Part shown: piece by piece, positions 1 through 10,740 of the stretch | How the letters are laid out: each line of letters begins with the position of its first letter | How positions within the stretch are numbered: the stretch's first letter is position 1 | Origin: Podospora anserina | Lineage: Eukaryota | Reading direction: 5' to 3' | Length of the DNA stretch: 64,000 bases | Assembly: GCA_017654855.1 (NCBI GenBank) | Contig: CM030332.1 | Span: 6,076,001 to 6,140,000, forward strand | Made by a program: the position numbers and the translations under genes | Notes under the pieces: model-generated | Databases searched by the model: none | The model's input: the letters and a program-made list of their open reading frames with translations, nothing else | Told to the model about the DNA's origin: nothing

Positions 1-727
1 GTACAGCAGTATGGGCGGGATGCCGAACCCTAAATCTCGCAGTTGTCGTGATCCCTCCCCAACCTCATACGATTTGTTGGCGCGAAGTCATCGAGTGAAA
101 ACGCCAAAACGGGCCTTGCCACTGAGCGTTTGCTGTGTCGCTGTGCCAAGCGCTCAGCTATGCGGGGAACGCCAGTGCTAGAGTGCTGTAAATCTGCTGA
201 AAGCGGCTGAAATTGCGATTTTTAGGCTCCGCGATTGGGAGCGGAAACAGAAGCGGTGTGAGTCGTGGGAAAGAGAAAGGGAAGAAGTCTGCGCGGTCAA
301 TGGGGACTTCAATGCTGGGAGCGCAGGCTGCTTTTAACTTGCGGGCAAACAGCCTGGCCTGGCTCGTCCTGGTACAGTTCCAAGCCAAGAATGACCAAGA
401 GACCCACTGCAAAGTCGTAACACGAACCTGGGAGAAGCTCGGAGTCAGGTGTCACCGGTTCCGGAGGTCCTGCCAAGCCGTGTCCGACTCAATTCATTAC
501 GTCAGCAGGAGCACGCACCTCCATGCCCTAGAGCAGCAAGCAGTCAGGTGATTAGTGGGGTGGGAATTTGCGGGCACAGGAACCAAAATTGTAAAATATT
601 CCACCTTGGCTCGGGAGCTTTTATGACCGAACACAGCAACACCGCCCAGAACTAAGAAGAGTCTTTCTCCGCACAAGCCAGCGGTTAAAATTGATTGACA
701 TCTCTTGTTCTTTACTTCTCCTAAAGA

Positions 728-793
728 GTGAGTTTCCCTTTCAGACCCGACGCAGTTTCGAGACTCCGAGGACTAATCACCAAGTCGCTACAG
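728..793 (+). other. 5'-UTR intron of the ribosomal protein P2 gene
   Basis: GTGAGT donor at 728, GACTAAT branch site ~771-777, CAG acceptor 791-793, 10 nt before the ATG at 804. Confidence 0.7.
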
Positions 794-803
794 AACAGCC
801 AAA

Positions 804-1256
804 ATGAAGCACCTCGCCGCTTACCTCCTCCTCACCCTCGGTGGCAAGGCCACCCCCTCCGCTGCCGACGTCAAGGCCGTTCTCGAGTCTGTCGGTATCG
901 AGGCTGACTCCGACCGCCTCGATAAGCTCATCTCTGAGCTCGAGGGCAAGGACGTCAACGAGGTACGACCGATCGCACAAAGTCGCAAGTGGCGGGAACA
1001 ATTTTGCTAACATTGCTCGACAGCTCATCGCTGAGGGTTCTTCCAAGCTCGCTTCCGTCCCATCTGGCGGTGCTGGTGGCGCTGCCGCCGCTGGTGGTGC
1101 CGCCGCTGCCGGTGGTGCCGCTGAGGCTGCCCCTGAGGAGGCCAAGGAGGAGGGTATGTACCGCGACAATATCTGCTGCAGGAAGGACAGTTCGCTAACA
1201 ATCTCGCAGAGAAGGAGGAGTCCGATGACGACATGGGCTTCGGTCTCTTCGACTAA
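804..1256 (+). CDS. RPP2: 60S acidic ribosomal protein P2; exons 804-962, 1024-1153, 1210-1256
   Basis: [15 protein letters not shown]-terminus, Ala/Gly hinge, spliced C-terminus [15 protein letters not shown] typical of acidic P proteins; two canonical introns keep the frame. Confidence 0.97.
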
Positions 1257-2231
1257 GCGCGCCATATCGTCTTCGTTTCCGAACAAGAGCTGGGCAAATC
1301 CGAAGAACCTTAACGACTTATGCGGATGTTTACGGCGTTATCTACAGGCCATCGGCCTCGGCTGCGGACCAGGAGTTTTGGGATTTGCGCGGGCAGGTTT
1401 CTGACATCGTACAACGGCATATAGGCGGGGCAATCAAAAGCACCAAGGCTCTCTTCGGACAATGATGTTCTTTGCATTTTTGACTTGTGACATTGTTCTT
1501 TTACTTCGATTGACATGACTCTTCTGGTTGCGACTATGAAGCGCTGTGATGTTGATCGAAACACAATTGGGACTGTGGCATGCGCATGGTCGCAAGCTCT
1601 CAGCTCAACAGCAGCTCTCCCTGTTATCGATTAATCGCTTATCAGAAGCCATGGTGGGATGTGCAAGTGGGCCTGGGACGTTGAAATGAGTGGATAATTC
1701 TTGCCTGAGGCACCGGAGCAGGCGGATGATGAAGTGGCTGGGTAATTGCCTGCATATGGAAAACGGAGGGGACACGCTGAAAACGCCCTTGGCAATGCCC
1801 GGAACGCGCTAGCCTGCCCAGTTTTTTACGGTTGCTGGGTAACGGGCCCAGGAGATGGTGCGCTGTCATTGGCTGCTCCACTAGAGGCCAAAATATTCCC
1901 TCGAATTGGCAAAAGCCCAGCGTCACCCCATCTTTCCCTTGTCCACCTGCCAACTCTTGTCGCAAGTCCCATTCTCGGTAAAGATGCCATCGCGACAACG
2001 GTAGGCCTAATCGACACGACCACCAACACTTCGAGCTTATCGCCAGTTGTGCCAATTGTGTTTTACTCAAAATCAACAGTGGTGGAAAGTATCGGATAGC
2101 ACACGCGGTGTGAAGCGACGAGAGACAGAAGCCGGCGAAAACCAGCCACCGAAATTCTAAACAACATTTCAACAACAGCTGCCCCATAGAAAGGGGGGCC
2201 GCCCAAAAAAGTAAACAATTGTCGCCCATTC

Positions 2232-5057
2232 ATGAACGACATGGCCACCGCCGCATCACCAACGCCAGTTGGCGGAGGGAGTCACCTCAACGCTCTGGGA
2301 CGTAGAACATCCGCCAGACAAGCGCTCCGCCGCCCGACTTCGACGTCGCTATCTTCGAGGCCGCAGCTCGGCCGTAGCGAGTCCAATCCTGCTGTCAGCG
2401 CATCTTTTTCTGGCACAACTTCGCGAGAGACGAGGGCGCATTCTCAACCTCAGTCAAACCAGCAACCAATTACTGCTGCGCTGCATGACAGCTCCGACGA
2501 TGAGGAGCCGGTGGTACCTATGAAGCTTAGCGCTTTGACAAAGGCATTGCTTAATGATGGTGCGTCCGAGGGAGTGTCCAGGGGGGGTGCGCAGTCTGTT
2601 GTCTCTGGCCGTGCTGCTTCACCGCCGCAACGTCCTGCTTCGAGGGTGACGAGGAGGTCGACTGCTAGTGTTTCTGCTTCTGCCGCTGTGGAGGATAGCG
2701 AGGCTGCTGTGGGGGAGGTGAGGCAGACGAGACGGACGGCGAGGACGAGTAGTGTCCAGCGTGGGGTTACGGGGAGATCTTCACCCCCAAGGGAGACGAG
2801 CCCTGCGCCTCAGCCACGGAAGCGCGTTGTGCGATTGAGCAATACTAGTGCTGGGAACAATGCTTTCAACTCGAGCTTTAATGGTAGCTTTGAGTCGAGT
2901 GTGAGGAGGTCATTGTCTGGTACTACTGGCCGGAGCAAGAGACAGGAGAGTGCCGAGGTGGTTGAGAAGAAGTCAGTTCAGGCTCCGGTGCCCGTTGAGC
3001 CTGAGCAGCAGGAGGTTGAACAGCAGCTTGCTGATATCAACACACCAGTTGTGCCTGTGAGGACGGTACGCATTGCCGTCGGGTCATCTGGCAGCAAGGG
3101 GAGGTCGGATAGTTCTTCCGGTCACTCCAAGAGCTCCCGGGGATATAGCGATCATGATCAGGAGTTGGGTGAGGAACCCGCGACTGTTGGACGGTCTGTT
3201 GCTGTTGCTCCTCAAAGTTCTATGCGGATTGGGAGAATAGGGAAGATGGGCGGGAGCTTTCTCAGTGGCCCGGCTCGTCGTGGAAGGAGGAGACAGAGTG
3301 AGGAGGATGGACAGGATCATGGAGAGGGTGATGCTTTTGGCAGTGGTCAGGAGCCTGAAAGCCAACAGCCTCAGTATATGGGCCTCGGTATGGAGCAGCC
3401 ACAATCATCATTCTTGGCTTCCAACTATCGCGAGTTTGCTGCTGCTTCTGGTAGCCCTGTTAGCTCCAGGGATCCCTCAAGAGCTGCGGTCCGCAGAGGG
3501 ACCTCGGCTAGCGTTTCTCCGCCAGAGGTCAGGGAGCTTGAAAGAAGCCACCTCGAGTTGGACTTCAAGATTCCTACACCCACACCACGTGTTCCTTCCA
3601 GCCTTGGGAAGGAGAACCAAGCCCCAGCGGCGCAAAAGCCAAACCCAGTGGTGATCTCCCTTTTGGATGACACCAAAGAGCCGGCGAAGCCCATCCAACC
3701 ACTTTTAAGCGACATCAGAGCCAACGCACCACCATCCCAACGAGCAGCATCCCCTGACCGCAAGGTTCTGGCACAGAAAAGCGAAAACACCCCCCGCCGC
3801 GCCGCACCACCACCGCCTCCGAAAATGTCAGTGCTTGATGCTGCCACAGCCAACGCCGGTGCTTCTACTACTACACAGGCTAGCAAGAAGAGGCAGGTCA
3901 TGCTCCGAGTCAACGGCAGGACGTACACCAGAATCGACTGTATAGGCCGTGGCGGTTCGGGTAAGGTGTACCGGGTCTCTGCGGAGAACGGCAAGATGTT
4001 TGCCCTCAAGCGTGTCTCTCTTGAAAGTGCCGATGAGAACACGGTGAGAGGATTCAAGGGGGAGATTGACCTGCTCAAAAGGCTGCACGGCGTTGACAGG
4101 GTGATTCAGCTGATTGATCACGAGTTGAACCTGGAGAAGCAGCTTTTGAGTGTGCTCATGGAGGTGGGCGAGCTCGATTTTAATACTCTGCTGAAATCCC
4201 GACAGAGCGCCACGGAGGGGGCGAGGTTGGATCCGGTTTTCATCAGGTACTACTGGAAGGAGATGCTCGAGTGCGTGCAGGCTGTTCATCTCAAGGATGT
4301 AGTGCATTCGGATCTCAAACCGGCCAACTTTGTGCTCGTGCAGGGGAGGCTCAAGCTGATTGACTTTGGGATTGCGAACGCGATCCAGACGGAGATGACG
4401 GTCAACGTGCACAGGGAGACGCAGATTGGGACGCCGAACTACATGTCGCCCGAGTCGCTGATGGACTCGAACCAGTATGCTTTTACGTCGGCGCACAATG
4501 GCAAGTTTTCGATCCCGCCGCCTCTGCAGCATCACCAAAAGGGGGCTCCGAGGATTATGAAGCTGGGGAAGCCGTCGGATGTTTGGTCACTAGGGTGTAT
4601 CTTGTATCAGATGGTTTATGGTCTGCCGCCATTTGGCAAGATTGCGAACCAGATGTCGAGGTGTCAGGCGATTATCAATTGGGCGTATCAGGTTGAGTTT
4701 CCCGAGGTCACGGAGGATGGGAGCCGGGTGCCGCCTTCGCTGATTAGGACGATGAGGAGGTGCTTGAACCGGGAGCAGAAGGAGAGGCCTACTTGTGAGG
4801 AGCTGTTGGCGGATACGGACCCGTTTTTGTATCCTCAGGAGTTTGACCCTGGTGTTTATGCCATGGCTGAGCAGGGCAAGGTGCTGCCTATTACGGAGGA
4901 GTTATTGGGGAGGATTATTCAGAGTGTGGTGCAAAGGTGTGGGGAGAGGATGCCGACGCCGGAGGAGATCAAGAGTGGGATGCTCACGCAGGGGTATTGG
5001 GCTGGGGTGAAAAGGGTGGTTACCGGTGCTAATAGCAGTGGTAATTCCTCGAGGTAA
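2232..5057 (+). CDS. MPS1: Mps1/TTK spindle-checkpoint protein kinase, 941 aa, intronless
   Basis: C-terminal kinase with IGRGGSGKVYRV, VHSDLKPANF, LKLIDFGIANAIQ, QIGTPNYMSPE and SDVWSLGCILYQMVYG, as in the Mps1 family; long Ser/Arg-rich N-terminus. Confidence 0.93.
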   Translation: MNDMATAASPTPVGGGSHLNALGRRTSARQALRRPTSTSLSSRPQLGRSESNPAVSASFSGTTSRETRAHSQPQSNQQPITAALHDSSDDEEPVVPMKLSALTKALLNDGASEGVSRGGAQSVVSGRAASPPQRPASRVTRRSTASVSASAAVEDSEAAVGEVRQTRRTARTSSVQRGVTGRSSPPRETSPAPQPRKRVVRLSNTSAGNNAFNSSFNGSFESSVRRSLSGTTGRSKRQESAEVVEKKSVQAPVPVEPEQQEVEQQLADINTPVVPVRTVRIAVGSSGSKGRSDSSSGHSKSSRGYSDHDQELGEEPATVGRSVAVAPQSSMRIGRIGKMGGSFLSGPARRGRRRQSEEDGQDHGEGDAFGSGQEPESQQPQYMGLGMEQPQSSFLASNYREFAAASGSPVSSRDPSRAAVRRGTSASVSPPEVRELERSHLELDFKIPTPTPRVPSSLGKENQAPAAQKPNPVVISLLDDTKEPAKPIQPLLSDIRANAPPSQRAASPDRKVLAQKSENTPRRAAPPPPPKMSVLDAATANAGASTTTQASKKRQVMLRVNGRTYTRIDCIGRGGSGKVYRVSAENGKMFALKRVSLESADENTVRGFKGEIDLLKRLHGVDRVIQLIDHELNLEKQLLSVLMEVGELDFNTLLKSRQSATEGARLDPVFIRYYWKEMLECVQAVHLKDVVHSDLKPANFVLVQGRLKLIDFGIANAIQTEMTVNVHRETQIGTPNYMSPESLMDSNQYAFTSAHNGKFSIPPPLQHHQKGAPRIMKLGKPSDVWSLGCILYQMVYGLPPFGKIANQMSRCQAIINWAYQVEFPEVTEDGSRVPPSLIRTMRRCLNREQKERPTCEELLADTDPFLYPQEFDPGVYAMAEQGKVLPITEELLGRIIQSVVQRCGERMPTPEEIKSGMLTQGYWAGVKRVVTGANSSGNSSR

Positions 5058-5982
5058 CCCCGGGGGAGGGTTTTTGAAAACAAAAGACAGGTTGGAGGGC
5101 ATGGGAGTGTATTGTTGGATTTTTATGTGTGTTTGGATAAGGTGTACATATACGCACACGCGCACGAGCACGCACAGGAGACTTGGATGGAGGGTGTCTT
5201 TGGACATTAAATCAGGGCAAGAAGAGGAGGATTATTGTTCGAGGAATTGCAAGGGTTGGGTGATGGGAGTTGGGGTTTTCTTTCTGTTGACGAATGTTAT
5301 GACGACCAAAAAGGATACTTTGATACCTGCTGAGAGGAAAGGAAGTTTGGGCGTTTAGCTTTTTCTTTGCAGTCTGTCGTTTCTGGAAGGGAGACTTGTT
5401 TTATAGGGGTGTGATAACCCTTGCTTCTGGAAGAGTAGTGTATTGTTTCAGCTCTTTGCTATCTCTTTTCTTACTTTTTACTATACCACACTCGACACAC
5501 GCAAGGGTACAGCGCTAGGATATTTTTTGCGGGGGGACGATTGTTGTTTGAGTATTGGGTCGACGGGTCTGTTTGGCTCTGGATAGAAGAGCACATAATA
5601 CCACTTGAGCAGTATTTCTTTGCTATCAATAACTACTTTAACTCTACTACTCTTAACTTTTGGGGCTGGGTGGGCTGTACAGACTTGAAGATGCTGTGAG
5701 TTCGAACTTGCTTTTAAGATGACTGCCTACAGTCGTGATGCACTTACTGCCAAAGGAGGTTGGTTGATCCTTGCTTCATATACATATATTCATACACAGT
5801 AGCTCTTTTGCTGCTCAAATGGCGTACATGTACCATGTGTAGCCAAACACATACTGTTAATCGTCCTCCTGATCCACACATATCATACATAATGAAGCAT
5901 AAGTTTACATATCCTGCTCTATCAGCATCTCTTACACCGATTACGCCACCTGGGTATCTGATTTCCTCCTCTATCACAGTAT

Positions 5983-7266
5983 CTACAGCTCCTCCTTCCC
6001 GCCTTGAGCGGCGTTCTTCTTCTTGCCACCCTTATTATTCACCCTCCTCTGCTCGGTCACCTTCTTAAGCAGCTCATGACTCCAATGCTCTTTGTCCTTC
6101 TTGTTTCCCTTGACCCACAACCTCGCATGCCAATCCCAGCACCTCTCCACAGGCTCTTTGCCTTCTTTGTGTCTCCCCTCACAGACAACATCTGTTTGCT
6201 GTGTTCCAATGGGCCACTCACCGAGCGAGGCGCCCATGTCGCCATCAAGGAAGTTATCCAGAACCAAGATGGCTGCTTTCCTGGCCGCTGGCTCAAAGTC
6301 CCCATTGTTTTGGTCCTGGAGGTTCATAATTTGAAGGATTTGCTCCATGCCGTTATTGGAGAGGAAATGAGACCGGATTTTGGATGATTTCAACAGGCCA
6401 GAAATGGAGGAAATGCGAGCTTTGGATACCGCTGGGTCGGGTTGCCCAGAGGAGGGAATGAGCCGCCAGATCAGGGTGGAAAGCGGCTCGTCTGAGCAAG
6501 AAGAGGCAAGGAGTTTGGGCCAGTGAGTTTCGATTTCGGAGAGGGCTTTGGGGTTGTTTTGCGTGACTGATGACAAGGTAAGTGCGGCCACTCTGGCGCG
6601 AGAGAGAGTCTCGGGTGATGGAGAAGCGGTAAACAAGGCGGGGGTGTTGGCTAGGCAGAAGAGGTTGGCGATGGTGTCGTAGTCTTCTGCTATTTTGAGG
6701 CCGTAGTAGATGTCATGGGAGACGTCAGAGAGGCTTTCCAAAGCTGAGTCGATGTCCAGGCCCTTCTTAAGATAGGTCAGAGACTCGAAAAAGGCGGCCG
6801 CGTCGTTTCCAGCGTGAGGATTGCTTTTGGGCGGTTCCTTGATCTTGCCGTCTGGATCGTATTTCGGGGCGTTTTTGGGAAGTTTTCTGGGCCTTTGTGC
6901 TGGTTCTGGTTCTGAATCAGGGGTGTCGACGGTGACTATGGAGGAGTCTACTGGAAGGCCGACTAGTGATGGGTCAACCTCCTCATCTGGGATGTTGATT
7001 TTGGCTTCCTTTTGGCCGGTGTTGATGTCGAGCCTGACGTGAAGACCCAAAGGAAGATCCTGATCGGGGTGAACGATCTGGAACTCGTGGGTTGGTTGGA
7101 ATATTTTGGGATAGCATTCAGCTGGATCAGTTGTGTGGCATATGAGTTCCACCTCAGCAGTTGGCGACGTTGATGGCGGTTCCTCTGATGCTGTTGTGCC
7201 TAAAACCATGAGGCCTAGGAGGCTAAGAAGGCTGATGGGAAGCATCTTTAACCGGGTTTGAGCCAT
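5983..7266 (-). CDS. SIL1: ER nucleotide-exchange factor Sil1/Sls1 for BiP/Kar2
   Basis: Signal peptide, CYPKIFQPTHEFQIVHPDQDLPLGLHVRLDINTGQKEAK Sil1-type N-terminal motif, C-terminal ER-retrieval KEEL. Confidence 0.9.
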   Translation of the reverse strand: MAQTRLKMLPISLLSLLGLMVLGTTASEEPPSTSPTAEVELICHTTDPAECYPKIFQPTHEFQIVHPDQDLPLGLHVRLDINTGQKEAKINIPDEEVDPSLVGLPVDSSIVTVDTPDSEPEPAQRPRKLPKNAPKYDPDGKIKEPPKSNPHAGNDAAAFFESLTYLKKGLDIDSALESLSDVSHDIYYGLKIAEDYDTIANLFCLANTPALFTASPSPETLSRARVAALTLSSVTQNNPKALSEIETHWPKLLASSCSDEPLSTLIWRLIPSSGQPDPAVSKARISSISGLLKSSKIRSHFLSNNGMEQILQIMNLQDQNNGDFEPAARKAAILVLDNFLDGDMGASLGEWPIGTQQTDVVCEGRHKEGKEPVERCWDWHARLWVKGNKKDKEHWSHELLKKVTEQRRVNNKGGKKKNAAQGGKEEL

Positions 7267-7987
7267 CTTGTTGAGTGTGACGCCCAGGCTGAGGGAAGGG
7301 CGCTTTAGTCAGCGGAGCTGGCTGAAGTGATGTAGATGGTGGTGAGTTGAAGCCGTCAACTGATGAGATGAATCTAAATACTTGAAGAGACGCAAACTTG
7401 TCCTCTTATTGCAGGTCTCACACCTGCTCAAAGCCAAATGACTCAATTAGAAGGTAAAAGAAAGGACAGATTGGCTATTGTCTTCAACTTTGCCTCCTTG
7501 AAATTCCTCCCCAAAAGGGGCAAAGCGAACACATTGTAATCGAGGGCTGGGTGTATACTTTACGGGGCAAATGCTGATTGGGTAGGCGCTTGCTGACACA
7601 CCCCACCGTTGGCCGCAGCCTTCAGCCTTGCGGGAAGACCAACGCCACAAAAGAGAGCTCTGACATCAAAGTCACGTGCAGCTTTCGCAACCTGTGGATG
7701 CCAAGAGCGGGATGCATGCTTAGTGAACGCAAGGTCATTGGCAAATTGTCACTCACCAACATCTTACGAAGCGACTCGATTGTTTGGAAACCCTATAGCT
7801 TCGATATTTGAGTTTCCGGGCTCGTCCAACTCCCGATTGCGGTTTTGACTCTTTCCCCGGGAGCAAAGCAAACAAGAGCGGGGCTGCGGAGGACCAAGGT
7901 GGGTCCCCTGAGCTCTACGGATCAAGAACCCAGCTCCACGCGCAAACCGACCGCCCGATCCCACAAGTGACGACGACAACCACCACC

Positions 7988-8952
7988 ATGTCGGCTATCA
8001 GACAGAGAGCGGCCCTGCTCGCCCGGCAAGCCCGGCCGCAGGCTGTTCGCGACACCAGACGCTATGGCTCGAGCCACGGTCACGACCACCACCACGAGCA
8101 CACGGTCGAGGAGAAGCTTGGAGTACGTTTACCCATGGCCAATTCGGTCATGATGTCGCTTGGGACCATCAGAAAGTGGAGGACATGTGTTACGAGCCGG
8201 CGCTGACTTGCTGGAATAGACTGGCTTCTATCTCTCGGCCGCTACCCTCGCTGGTACCTGGGTTGTTTACAAGGCCTCTCGCCCCGGCACAGACGGCGAG
8301 CTGTCGACATTCAGCAGGTGGTTGAAGGAATGGGCGGACCTCCACCAGACTTGGGAGACACGAAACGATCTGCTCGCTGCTGCTGTCGAGCAAGCCGCCG
8401 CAGACAGACATCTCCTTCTCAACGCCCCCCGCAACAGAACCCACGATTTGAGATTTCCCGAGTACGTTTTGGACTTTCCTATCCCTACAGTATGAAGAGG
8501 TCTTGAGAGCAGCGTTCTGCCTTGCTGGAGCACCGTTGCATATTTCGAGGACAGTTACTCGCGCAATTGGCGTCTGAACTGGATATTACAAGGAGACCCT
8601 CTTGGGCAGCTCCTGTCTTGGCAAGGAGGCCTCAATTGGGTCTAATTGCTGGTTGTCCAAACCCTCAACTGAGGCTTCTCGTGGCTCAACCAGGCCGAGA
8701 TAGCCGGGCGGGCAGTCGTTCTCCCAATGCCTGAGCCCATGAGACAGGCGCTGTGCTCTCAAGCCCTTAGACTGCTATTGGTGCACTGCATGCATACTGA
8801 CACGTGACAGGGTCTTCAACACCGGCTCCCCTTTTAACGTTCCGGCTGGACACTACGTGAACATTGACAAGGTGGTTGCCCATTACCAGCAGCAGCATCT
8901 CAAGGAGGAGGAGCGCAAGGCCAAGAAGCTTGCGGCGGCCGCCCAGCAGTAG
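7988..8952 (+). CDS. nuo-17.8: NADH:ubiquinone oxidoreductase 17.8-kDa subunit; exons 7988-8122, 8220-8461, 8811-8952
   Basis: Mitochondrial presequence (…DTRRYGSS), His-rich stretch, one TM helix, AAVEQAAADRHL, FPEVFNTGSPFNVPAG, HLKEEERKAKKLAAA; resembles the Neurospora 17.8-kDa subunit as recalled. Confidence 0.9.
8488..8774 (+). ncRNA. Candidate intron-encoded structured RNA closed by a kink-turn (atypical box C/D-like)
   Basis: Inside 349-nt intron 8462-8810; box C-like ATGAAGA (8492-8498) and TAGA (8768-8771) form tandem G.A/A.G pairs in register with a perfect 10-bp helix 8502-8511/8754-8763 and a closing stem CAG/CTG. Confidence 0.55.
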
Positions 8953-9362
8953 CTACTTCGTTTGAAGAAGGTCCTACATCGTTATTTCCTCGCGCGTTCA
9001 TCATACCAAGATACATTACCCACTTTGGGATGTTGTGGCACATGTACATAGGTAGAATCCGAGCGGCATTGGTCAACCACAACACAACGTCGCTTCCTTA
9101 ACCTTTTCTCGATACACCACCGTGTTCCTTCTTCCTTCTGCCACTCCGTTGCTTCTTCACTTGCACAAGCGCTCCTTCTTTTGACAGAGTCGTGTACCAT
9201 CATCTCTCTCACGGGCCGTTGGGGTTTTCTGTTTCGCTGCCTACGCGCGAAGCTCAAGCACATGCACACATTACCGATAACATTTTCCACTCAGCCATTG
9301 GAACTGGCACCCTTTTTGGACGACAACTTTCTTAGCTGACATTACTTTTGTACCCTATCACC

Positions 9363-10740
9363 ATGGGGTCGGTTGCCACCAACGCAAGGGGCTCAATTGA
9401 TGCCCGCAAATCAGCCAAAGCACGTCGTTCTTTCCCTCGCTCTATCTGCCCGCCCCCCTTGAAACACCCCAGTTCACAAGACAACCGCCAATGCCAAGAA
9501 CACAGTAGTGAATCCATTTTTTGGCCTTGCTAACACGCTTGCTATGGCTCCATAGATCACAAAAGCTCAAGAGTCTCGTCCACCCAGTGACGCACCCGCA
9601 ATTTACGTCGACTTGATTGACCCGGACATTGGCTATGGCGTCTTCGCTGCCCGTGACTTCAGCAAGGGGGATTTCATCTTCCACGAGGCCCCTTTGATTG
9701 ACCCAACAGACTTCTGCGAGCTACGTGAGTTCAACGATGAGCACCATGGACCAGGGCAGATGCTAGATCTTGTCACTGCGTTGTCGTTGGCTGACGCCTC
9801 CCAAATGCGGTTTGCCTTCCCTAAGCTGGCCGCGGAGCTTGGCAAGACATTGCCTACCTCCCAGGAACTCACAGGTGCCGATTTGAATCCACTTTTGGGG
9901 ACAAGACTTGTACATGGACAACTGGCTTGGCCTCCAAATGAGTTGTGGGAGAAGTATGACAAGTATATCAAGCGCATCAGGGAGGGAGTTGTGGCTCGAA
10001 GCGGTGGCTCCAAGGCATCTGTCGAGGACAGAGTGAAGATCGCAGCCGACTTTTTCAGGAGTCATGCCTTCCAGGCCGAGATAGAGGGAAACCAGAACCC
10101 ACATCCCGCGACGACGCGGCCTGCCACGATATACCTCCTGGCAAGTTTGGTCAACCATTGCTGTCAACCCCCCGGGGCCAGACGGGTACTCAAGAGGAGG
10201 ACAGCAGCTGAGGATTCGCCCGTTGTTGCCCGAGAAACCCCAGAGCTCCGCCTCGCAAACTTCCTCGCAAATTTGAAGAAGGAGAATGAAAATGCAGACA
10301 ACACGGCCAGCAGCAGCAAAAGTCCCAGCACCGGTGGCAAGGCGGGTACCAGTGACAACAATACTGCCATCGGCAGCGGCAGCAAAAACAATGCCGACAA
10401 TCCAGACGCCATCACCCCAGCCCCCAAGACGGCACAAGAGTCCACTGGCACCAAGGACTTCAGCGAACACTCTGACCCTGACGACGGCGAGGAAGAAGAA
10501 GACAATGCGTCGGGTTCGAATTCCCTCAACCAACGGCAGCGAGGACCCAACTGCGAGTGGCGCATTGGCCCAGGGCAGCTCGCAAAGTTTGTACTACCAC
10601 ATCACATTGCTGTGAAGGCTACGAGGGATATCAAGGCTGGGGAGGAGCTCACGTGGGACTATGGAAAGAAGAAGCAAGGGTTTTCTTGTCGTTGTGCGAC
10701 GTGCCGTGCCGGGACGGGCAGGTCTTGCTGTTATTTGTGA
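9363..10740 (+). CDS. SET-domain (SMYD/Set5-like) putative lysine methyltransferase; probable exons 9363-9419 and 9556-10740
   Basis: GYGVFAARDFSKGDFIFHEAP, LASLVNHCC…PNC, ATRDIKAGEELTWDYG and post-SET FSCRCATC; the first exon requires a GC donor. Confidence 0.8.

Noticed and set aside
8552-8564. CAGTTACTCGCGC partly complementary to 25S rRNA helix 69 (snR63/U46-like guide)
   Set aside because: Only about 8 contiguous pairs and no box D/D' at the required distance
8570-8600. CTGAACTGGATATTACA resembling part of a TPP riboswitch
   Set aside because: Lacks the CUGAGA pyrimidine-sensor and the AGCG/P4-P5 core; the host gene is unrelated to thiamine
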